From positions 7,297,855-7,361,854 of the forward strand of contig NW_002060946.1 in assembly GCF_000150275.1 (NCBI RefSeq): a stretch of DNA of 64,000 nucleotides. The letters are read 5' to 3'. The notes beneath the pieces were generated by a model. That model made no database searches, had not been told where the DNA came from, and was given only the letters and a program-made list of their open reading frames with translations. Below are positions 53,518 through 64,000 of this stretch, one piece after another. Positions within the stretch are counted from its first letter, which is position 1; each line of letters opens with the position of its first letter. The DNA comes from Trichoplax adhaerens (Eukaryota; Animalia; Placozoa). Made by a program: the position numbers and the translations under genes.

Positions 53518-55257
53518 GATACTGGCTTTAGATATACTCTTCTTATATTAATAAGCAACGTATTTAAATTCTCACTGAGAATAGTTAAACTTAGCAGGTA
53601 ACACCTAAGCTATTCGATAACAACTAATTTTGGACAAGTATTACGAAATTAATGTACACGTAAGTGATCTCGGTAATATCTTGCATTTGCGGGGCAGTGA
53701 AATGATGATTATAGAAATCTTGATTGCTATCCTCTCTAGAGGCTGATTGCAATACTGGGCTGGACTATTTTAGCATTAATAATTTATAATTAATTTATAT
53801 AGCTATTTTTGGCATGTGGATGGCAACCTATTTAATGTTTGAAGTATAGCGGGTCTTAGCAACAAATTTTTGTTAAAATTTGTAGCTAAGATACCAATTA
53901 ATGCAAACACTGCTGCAATTTCACTGCAATTTCCTTATTTTAACTGCCTAGTTAATAGAGGCACTCTAGATAATATTCCTTGCTTTATTAGAGACGGCAA
54001 CGCTCGAAGATAGCTTAGATTAGGAGTGCTCCGTTACATTTAACTTCAATCTGTTGAATTTACCTATCTAACTGTCAGCCTTTCAGGACTTATGCCTTTA
54101 GAACTGATTGTATAATGGTTACAATTTGATATCAGTATTATTCTATGCTATAGATCTTGACTACAGTAATAAAGGTATGCATTTTAGTTAAAAACCTATA
54201 ATAAAATCTATAAAATGTAGGCCATGAAGAACATTATTTTGAGAATGGATGCTTCTAAAGCTACCAAGTCAGCATGGCTTAAACTTAGGGGAAATAGTTT
54301 AAAATTATATTTAATCGAATGCTAGGGAACAATAAAAATTTATTATTGAATTACAGCAACATGCGGATATAGAAAAAGTAAGAAATAAAATTAGATCATG
54401 TTCTGTTTGCTAGCCGAAGTCGGAATATACGTTACGTAATCTAAGAATTTAAACGAATGGATCTGTTACAAATACTACAATTTTGAACTGATAAAATGGA
54501 CAAACTGTTAATTACTGAGACAGTCAAATTACGGTAATAAAAGACTGCACCTAAGAATCAAGTTTCCAAATGACTAAGCATGCAATACTTCAGTTTGCCT
54601 GTCAAAACTTTCGGCCTGTTTTGTTATAGATGATTCCACGAGACCTAACTAAATAACTTGCTATACAGCGTATTTTCAAATTTTATAATGTCAAGGAGTT
54701 GGCTAAGCTTCATTAATTAAAGCTATTTCTTCACAGTGATACTGTAAACTTTCGAATTAGATACCAATGGTAAATATAATAATTATCATTAATTCTATAT
54801 CAGAATTTACTCTTTATTAATGATCTTTTCATTTGCGGAGATTTAGAATTTTACAAAACTGCCACGAAAGTTTAGTTACTAAATCCTAATGTTACGAACG
54901 AATTACATGTATACTAGTGTGAATAATAGTCAGCTTTCACGTTTTGATTAAATTAAATACTTTCTATTTTATGTCTATATTCACTGAAATATATGTATTC
55001 TAAAAATGACAATCATTAATGTACCTGTCGACATTAGAAATACAAGAATAATAAACTAATTATAATTTATTTTCGAGCCGAAGCTGAAATTTATAGGAAG
55101 TCTTTCTAAGCCAAGGTAATCAAGATACAAGTCTTACAAAGAAGGCTTGGAAACTGATTGCCTAAATAAATCGTTGAGTAAATTTCTAGTACTGCATTAC
55201 GGTATTCTGTTACAGGCTGTTCTTGTCGCCCACGATGGAAATTTTGAAATCAGTTAT

Positions 55258-57053
55258 TTAGAATGTAGGATTTGGCGATACTTTTACGAACTCCTTGTCA
55301 TTGGGGTAGTTGTTAGGATTAGGTTGGGTTGAAGGCTGCTGTTGTTGAGGCAAAGATTGAACCATACCAATCGTTACAGGTTGTGGCCCTGCTGGTGTAT
55401 ATTGAGCTACTTCATAAGGTGGTAAGTTTGAAGATTGAACTATTACTTGATTTTGGCCCATTGGTTGCACGGATGGCTGAAAGACTTGAACTAGAATATA
55501 AATGATTTAAATAAAAGGCGATGACTTCACTTCGTTATGACACTGGCTTACATGTATACCCATATTAGACTGTCTGTTGAGATGATAGAATTGTATTTAT
55601 GACAGATAATATACTAACCGCTTGCTGGTTGTGCGGGATGAGAAGACGATTCACCAGTTATGTAGCACTATGTGTAGTTGTTTGCAGTATATTGGAAAAA
55701 GAAATATTACAAGATAAAAATAAAAAGACTAAGGATAATCATTTAAAGTTACCATAATCATCTAAATTGAGGTGGCAAATATACACTGTATAGTTTAGAG
55801 ACTATCTTTTACTGTTGTATCGTTTCATAATTGTTATACGGAGAAGCAGATATGCTTGCTAGCAATTACTGAAATATCTAGCTTACAGTAAAGTTGAAGA
55901 ACAGATGATAATCAGAGATATTATGTTTTCGGATATGAGATAATAATATCTGACAACATAGCCATGGAAAAACTGGCGAATGTATTTAATTATCGATATT
56001 TATTTTAATTATATAATTTCTTAAATGACGGTACTCACGCAGCCCTTGCAGTATATATTATGAGAGAGTATAATCATTGCTGCAAATGATGGGATGAGAC
56101 CAATTACTCCAAGAGAAATTGTTACAATAAGATACCATATCGATCTACGAAAGTAGTCGGCTGTAAAGCCAACACCGCCAAATATTACTTGCAGGCCAGT
56201 AGATAAAATGGATAGAAGTGAAAAGGCGTAATAGTTGTGCATCTATGACAGTTAAAGATAAAGTGTAAATAATAAGTTTTGCGTTGTTACTTAGGTAATG
56301 TGATCGCTGCAGATATAAGAATATGCTAGAGATTCTTATCAAGTTATCACGGAAGGAAACGATATCAGTATTAGTAACATTAGCTGTTCGATTTTAGCTG
56401 TTAGATGTACTACTAGACATTTAGTTTTTTCTTACCAAATGAGGATTGACTGGAATCTTGAATGATAGAATGCCGAATATTCCTGCTAAAAGAGGCTGTA
56501 ACAAACGTGATAAAAGCACAATCTTGTTCAAACTAGTCGCATAGTAGATATGCAGACAATCAATAATAGTTACTAAGGAGAAAACTAAACTAGTTGTATG
56601 TAAGCTAAGTACGTTATTTAATAACAGTATTTAGCGAACTATTACGAAGTCGTATAGAATTTAATCGCATGTGAATTTTAATTTCTTAGAGGCTTTTCCG
56701 TCAATTAGCAATATCGATGATAATATCAAAACGAGAAATTTCATAATTGTAAGAGTACGAAAACGTAGTAAATAAATTACAAATTACAAATTACTTACAA
56801 ATAAGCCTGCCCAAAGATTAACAGCAGTAGCGTATATGAAGGTGTATCTATAGACCAAAATAAGACCAAGGATACCGATGATCATAGTAATAGAGCCATA
56901 TACAGTTAGTATTATTCCGAGAACGTAAGACTTATAGCGAAGCTGTTCAGGCAGTTTAAATTCCTTACGACGTTTTTGCGGTACGTTCGTGTTAGAGACA
57001 TATTGTTGAGTGTTTACTTGAACATTTGGTCGGACAGTTGTCGCTGCTAGCAT
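55258..57053 (-). CDS. CD20/MS4A-like four-TM protein, copy H (~266 aa)
   Basis: Exons 57053-56799, 56495-56436, 56242-56039, 55667-55619, 55490-55258 (801 nt). AVNLWAGLF|PLLAGIFGILSFKIPVNPHL|MHNYYAF..ILSHNIYCKGC|CY; tail LPPY. Confidence 0.9.
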
Positions 57054-58867
57054 GATACTCGCTTTAGATATACTCTTTATCTAGTAATGAACAAGGTATT
57101 TAGATTCTCACTGAGAATAGTTAAATTTAGCAGGTAACACTTAATCTATTCGATATCAATTAATTTTGAATTAGTATTCCAGAATTACTGAAAGTGGTCC
57201 CTTTAATTCTATGTAGTCGTGGAGGGATAGAATGATGATTATCGTATAGAAGTCTTGATTGCTATGCTCTCTAGAAGCAGATTGTGATACCAAGCTGGAC
57301 TGTTCAAACATTAATAATCAATTTACATAGCTAATTTCGGCACGTGAATGGTAGCCTATCCTGTATTTAAAGTACACATGGCCTTAGCAACGAAGTATTT
57401 TTAAAACTTATAATCATTATATATGCACATTAATGCTCATAGTGTTGCAAGTTTTATCGGGATTTGCCTGCTGATCATGTTACTTGGTCTCTCACCAATG
57501 GTGACATTAGGAGATGGTTGCAGTCAAGCAGGTTAATTTCACTGAACTTCAATCGCTTAAACTTGCGAATCTAAGTATCTGCCCAGCTTCGAACTTATGT
57601 TTTCCGAAGCAATTCCAATCCACTATGCAACAGCTATAATTGACGTCGGTGACATTCCATATCATGATTTTAACTACCGTTATAACGTTATAACGGTACA
57701 CTATAATACGCATACAGCATACTAAAATTCATATGTAGATATTAGTCAAAAACAGGTGAAGCACGAGTTGTATATATGAACGTGTATATATATATATAAC
57801 ATATATAACAGCAGCGATTGAGTCAGTCTCTATAAAACCTGTACAATACGGACCATGAACGAATTACGTCATTAGAACCGTACAGACAAATTTACTACAT
57901 CTGCGCGTTTGTCTTCACCTAAAAAATTATGTAAATAGTGTACTTATGATGATGCCTAGAGACGCTCTAAGGGTCTCTAAAAATGGTGCCTATTTTTCAA
58001 GCTATCATTCTCATAGTGTTCCTATTATACGTGATAATGCCGTTTAAGATCGAATGATTTCACTAGCTTTCTACAGTAAGCTCAATGACAGCTACATTAT
58101 TAATCATAATGCTACCCAATTTAATTCTATGTAATGTAGGGACTGTACATTGTACAATAGGACACATGTTAAATACCATCAATTGGGCATTACTTTATCA
58201 TATTTTTTTATCCTTTTATTTCATCTAAATAATGCACCCATGATACAAATTAGGCAACATAATGTGACACGTAATTGTATTAACGTGCTAATTGTTTGGA
58301 AAGACAATTTTTTCCCCATTGTAAGACAGTATCGTACTGATCTAATCTTAACGTTAATCTTATTGACTTCTTTTCTAATTTCTCACATTCAGTAGCAGTA
58401 TAGAATGGATTAGCAGATGAGATTAATAAAAGGTTCGAAGTATAGTGATATCCATCATTTTATTTTCGAAATGTACAGGAGAGAACTTGTTGCGGTCATT
58501 TTGCAAAATGATCGACTTCGCATCAGGATATGTTTGTAATTATTATGAAAATATTAATTCTAAAATCTTTCTTGATCAAAGGAACGCAATCATGAAGGAT
58601 TTCATTACATTAATAAGTTTGCACGAAATAATAATATAATTTACGCTGATATTATTCATAATTTCATTAGCCAACTTTTAAATACAATTAGTCCAAGTAG
58701 AATAGTTTGCTTTTATGCCGTCGCAAACTATTATACTGTCTGATCGAATCGACGATCTAGTACGTTACATTAGATTTAAATTGCAATATCATATCTTGTA
58801 AGCCTATTTATAACGGGTATACTAGTACCAAATTTTATTACTTCCGAGTAAATCGTTTGCTGGTAGT

Positions 58868-61052
58868 CTATGACTTGGATGCTGGCAATGTCTTAATGGA
58901 GCTATCATTATTTAAAGCCTCTTCTTCTTTACTAGATGATGGCTGGTATTGTTGTTGGCCCTCTGTACCAGTATTATTATTAGCGATAGCGGGCTGTTGC
59001 ATAATGCCTGCAGTATATTGAATAGCACCATAAGTAGGCAAGCTAGGAGACTGAACGACGGCTTGATTTTGCGTAGCAGGCTGTACGGTCGGTTGTACGA
59101 CGTGAACTAGAAAAGTCAATGAATTAATGGTGAATATCTTTTGCGAATTTAACTTACGGCCGCGTTCTTACTTTATTTTGAGAACTGATCTCAAATCTTA
59201 ACTAATAAGCATCCTGTTTGCACGCGTAAAAATCTACGTTAGGTATTATTCACTATTATCTTTGCTTTGAAGGAAATTATCAATTGCTTTCTTGTCGAAA
59301 TAAACTATTTTTACCATTCATTACATTTTCATAACGAATATCAATTTTAAAATTTTGAAATATAATATACAAGTATTAGTATAAGTATAATGAAGCTAGT
59401 AAGGGTAGAATGAACCAATTTTGACTAAGTCATGAATGATGCAGGTTGTATCGTATTTATACTTTAAAATATAAAATATTAAACTACGATATGGTTACAT
59501 TAAATTTATTAATATGCAGGACTCGAACGATTATATTAATATAATAAACACTTAATTCTACGAGTTATGCTTTTAGATTATGAAAGTTGCATCTATAAAA
59601 GGGTTAGGTTACTTATTTTTAATATTGTCTACGAACCTGTTTGACCCTGTACAGGAAGATGTGAGGTAGAATCGCCGGTTATATAACACTATAAGTTCAA
59701 GTAAGATTTCAAAAATGAGGGTAATGAATTTCATTTGAATCACTATTATTCTATATTAAAGAGGAATTGCATTTATTTATATCCTTCAGGGAATCAATTA
59801 TTTAAATCATATAATCTTTCTAAATGCTTTATGTCTAAATATCAGTTGGAGAATGTGGATATTTGAGTACAGAAAGAAACATATTGAATAACTTTTAAAA
59901 TACATCAAATTGTTGGATAATGTAATTGGTAGCATTTTTGATGATCTTAATTTTTTTATATCTAATTGTAAACAATAATATTTTCTGAGACTGGTTTAAA
60001 ATCTTAAAATTTGTTAGAATAGAAGTTTCTGAAAAAATAACTACGGGAATGTATTTCTCAAGCAAGATTTGATTTAAATATTTCGAAATCATTAATGATG
60101 AAATTTGAAGTAAAATGGTTACTTACACAGCCTTTGCAATAGATGTTATGTGATAGTATGATAATGGCAGCCATTGATAGAGCTATTCCGAGTCCTGACA
60201 AAGAGAATGTGATGATAATCATCCATAAAGAATTACCGTAGTATCCTGTAATGGTAAGAATAGCGAATAGGAGCTGAATAAAGGAGGATAAAAAGGCCAA
60301 AAACGAAAAGGCATAATAATTATGCATCTGTAAAAAATATGAGGAAAGATCATTCTGAGTAACCGATGGGAGAAGATGAAAGGGCAAAAGATATGCCGTA
60401 CATAATATGTATCAAATCAAGTTAAAGTAAATTTAAGTTATGAAATTGGTTACTTTAATATAGGATTGTCTACTAAGTAGAAGCAAACGTTCTTAGTGTG
60501 TTCTTACCAAGTGAGGATTAATTGGAATCTTGTAGGTTAGGATCCCAAACACTCCAGATAGCAAATACTAAAAATGTGCATGCATAAATTGCAAAAGTTA
60601 ATTAGAGAAGCCATTTATTTGAAATTAACATGATGAGTTTCTGGTAATTAATCGAGATGCAACTTTCAATGTGACAATATTGGAATTGCATGAGGTAAAC
60701 TCTGTTATGCAATATACATGTGGTTAACAACGATCATTTGCTTGAGATTATTGGAGTAAGTACTGTATAGAAACAAGGTACATTGTCAATAGCTTCTGTA
60801 AATACTTACAAATAATCCTGTCCATAGATTTACACCGCTAGCGTATAGGATTGTGTATCTGGAGGTAAGAGCGAAACCGAGGATACTGATGATCATTGTT
60901 ACTGAGCCAAAGACGCTTAGAATGACCCCGAGGGAGTAAGATTTGTGGCGCACTTCTTCAGGCAATCTGTATACTTTAGCTGTCGGCTGCAATGCATTTG
61001 GATTACTAACATACTGGGGCGGATCAACTGGCAATTGAGTTGTTGCCTGCAT
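58868..61052 (-). CDS. CD20/MS4A-like four-TM protein, copy I (~264 aa)
   Basis: Exons 61052-60810, 60567-60508, 60327-60127, 59688-59637, 59106-58868 (795 nt). GVNLWTGLF|YLLSGVFGILTYKIPINPHL|MHNYYAF..ILSHNIYCKGC|CY; tail LPTY. Confidence 0.9.
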
Positions 61053-64000
61053 GATTTTAAAACTTGTCTTCTAACTAGATCAAAACTTTTGATTTTAAGA
61101 TAATTCTGAATTAGAAAAAGATCATGAAATCATCTGATCGTGAAATACAAGAAGTTCATTTATTTTCTGCAACAACATAGACTAATAAGAAAATTTTAAG
61201 CTCTTGTACTTAGTAATTTTAAAACCTATTCCTAGTATTTTGATATGTTCAGTTACGATTTACTAAAATTGATAAATTATTTGGCAGCTTCTATATCTTT
61301 CAACTTTAAAACTATCGATCTAATTATATGATCAATGCTAATATAGAGCGTATATTTAAGTGCCGACCAAAGTTACCGTACTTACCAAAGTTGTCTACGT
61401 AAAATGTGCTAGGCTAGAGTAATTTCGTGAACTTGTCAGTTCAAAGGAGAACTATGTTATTAAGAAGCTATTACATTAACTACGCATGTGTATGTAAATT
61501 TAACTATAAGTAATGCACTGAAGATATAGTTTCAAACGGTAGTTATCCTACGTATTACTGTTTATAGTCTCACATAGTCTCACATTTATAATGACGTAAT
61601 GCTTTCCTAATTTAACCTATTAGGATTGTAGGCCTTTGTTATGATGCATGCATAAGCAGCAATGCATTTATTTACTTTATTAGGTAATAATATTGACATA
61701 ATGCTTTGCGAATAGAGCAGCATCTGCTTATCTAAAACTGGATGTAAAATGTATCCATCTACTAAGTTTGATAAAGGAAATAAATTGCAAACAAAAGAAC
61801 AATTCGTGTTGTTTCGTTCATTCGCTACTAATTAGCTACTAATTTAACTGAATTAAAGGAGAAGGAAGAAGCGATTTTGCTAACTCAAGTGAGATCTTGC
61901 ATCCGCTATTGATCTTGTTTTATAATATCTAGCTGTAGATCATTACTATTGGAAATTAATAAAACCGCACTCGTTACCTAGTACTGTACTTTGCGTAGTA
62001 TAGGTACTGTACTTGCACTTTTTACTTTACCTGTGAAATTAGTGTAAATTTTGAAATTTGTTTTGAAAATGTCAACTGCAAAACGATTCAAATAGCTTTT
62101 GTCGCCCGAGTAAAGCTCCTTTATGATAGCATACTATGAGCTTTGCGAGATTTTGTTAGCCATTTCTAAAATACGGAACAAGGTAAACATTAAATTAGAT
62201 ATTGCTCCTTTCATAACATTTAAGATACTTTTTGTTGGACGTCAGTAGTATTTTGGTAATTATAATTAACTATAAGGAGTACAATAAAACCAAATTGTAC
62301 ATTTATTTCGGTGCAGAATTACTTGTGCTCTCTCTGTAATATACGTAATTTCCTAATCTCTGAACTATTAGATTAAAGCGGCCACTTTGGCGATAGTTTA
62401 CAAAATAAGAATGATCGATGCAAGATGAGGTCACGACTAAGCGTCGTATATTTTCTCAGAGAAGCTTCTAATACAAAATTAATTGCACTAACTTCATTAT
62501 TTAACCTTTCTAGCATAAGCAGTGTAACTTTAAAACATTAAGGATGAAAAGAAGGACTTTAAAGTACCATATACATACAGTTTAACGATTAGTTAAAATC
62601 AGGGTTAAAAACTTGCCAACTCATACTATACCAAAAGTCCAGTAATAGATCACACAAAAGCCATGCGAATACGGGTCTGTACAGGAAGATTAATATCGAC
62701 TAATAGCAGTCTTTACGATATCTGTTAGATCATAAAATTGCTGTTTACTAGCAAGAACTTTACTTAAGGTGAATATTTTACTACTAGATAAGATTTATGC
62801 TAGGATTAACTGTTATAGCAACTCATTTTAGATTTGCGATAAGAGATTTCATACTAATAATATTTAGTCATAGTCTTAATGTAATATGCTTAATCTTAAG
62901 AATACTGTTACAGATGCTGTTCTGGCTTCGAAATTTAGATGGACTACCGAATATAGGTACTCTATGACTGTTAATCATAGAAATATATCAAATGAGAACT
63001 GCTATAATACTCTAGTAAAATTCCATTGCTCTACGACTTCATAAAATAAGTTGCAAAACTGCACAAGTGCACAAGCTAATACATGGCGAAGCATTAATTC
63101 AATGTGTGACAGCATGTACATTACACATGCAATTTAATGGCAATTTACTAAATGAGATATTATACAAAATGTCTGATTTAGCAATTGTCGCTAATAATTG
63201 TCTTTTTAAGGAAAAGCATGACTCATATTACGACCACAGAAATTATTACAGTGTTCACTAAACAAGCACTAAGGACAGTAAAAAAATTAGGGATAATGTA
63301 ATATTAAAAGCTAAATTTATTCGAGACGATGGTACAAACTTATAAAAACTGACCTATCAACCAATCCCCTCTGCTATACGAGTCCATTAATCATGAAACT
63401 CTCAGGCTTATAATAGTGAACGTAAAGTAAGTATGTATCTGCATAGATAAACGATATCACGAAATTGATAAAAATTCTTCAAGTATTATTTTAATTTAGA
63501 ATGAAACCAATGATTTCTAATATCAGACTATCATGCTATTTTTCCATATTTGTATCTTAGTTATATATTTCGCTGCACTGCAGAGCTATGCTACATTCGG
63601 GAGCAAATAATTATCTACGCTAACATTTATGTAATTATACACTTGTGATAGTATATCGACAATATCCTTGTTTGAATAGTCTGTATTAAAATGTGATATG
63701 ATATCTGGACACTAATTAACGAACCTAATATCAAAAGAGTCTAGTAAGAATTTCTTCTTACCTAACAAGTCTTACTATATGGTAGTCACTATAATATAGA
63801 AAGGTAATTTGTAACACATTAGCAAAATTTTATCTCATCTTTCTATTACTTAACTGCATTAGCAATACATCTTAAACAAATACGTGTTAACCGCTTTTAT
63901 TTTTACCTTTGGCACAATTAATAAATAAAACTATCGAATTCCTGTAGTTGAGCTTATTGTAATTGGCCTTTTTAAGATTAGCGTTCAAGTACATAATTGA

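Larger units (their letters stand above)
50960..57400. repeat. ~3.3-kb tandem segmental duplication carrying copies G and H
   Basis: Non-coding similarity: aatggatgcttct(g/a)aagctacca at ~50969 and ~54244; ttctcactgagaatagttaaa at ~53569 and ~57105; introns are alignable. Confidence 0.85.

Noticed and set aside
61100-64000. Further array member or other gene at the right end of the window
   Set aside because: No Q/P-rich terminal exon or TM exons recognised; appears intergenic.

Overview
AT-rich, intron-containing eukaryotic (animal) genomic DNA. The compact genes, short GT-AG introns and abundant (TACAG)n/(TGTAC)n tracts resemble a placozoan (Trichoplax-like) genome, but this is an inference I cannot verify. 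All recognisable genes are on the minus strand. (1) 86-16265: three tandem phospholipid scramblase (PLSCR) paralogs with the same 7-exon layout; copy 1 is truncated by the window edge and copy 3 is divergent. (2) ~21.8-61.1 kb: nine tandem CD20/MS4A-like four-TM membrane protein genes sharing an invariant 60-nt exon 2. Eight are 5-exon genes with Gln/Pro-rich termini, and most have C-terminal (P/L)PxY motifs. Seven look intact, one has a single frameshift and one is a multiply disabled recent duplicate. (3) Two elements poorly captured by the ORF track: an intronless, bacterial-type cupin gene with one frameshift (19037-19365, horizontal-transfer candidate) and a decayed Ty3/Gypsy gag (25135-25627). 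(4) Three minisatellite/satellite arrays, two with higher-order structure, plus a perfect 28-bp palindrome and a long hairpin. Exon coordinates were derived by hand from GT/AG boundaries and frame continuity.
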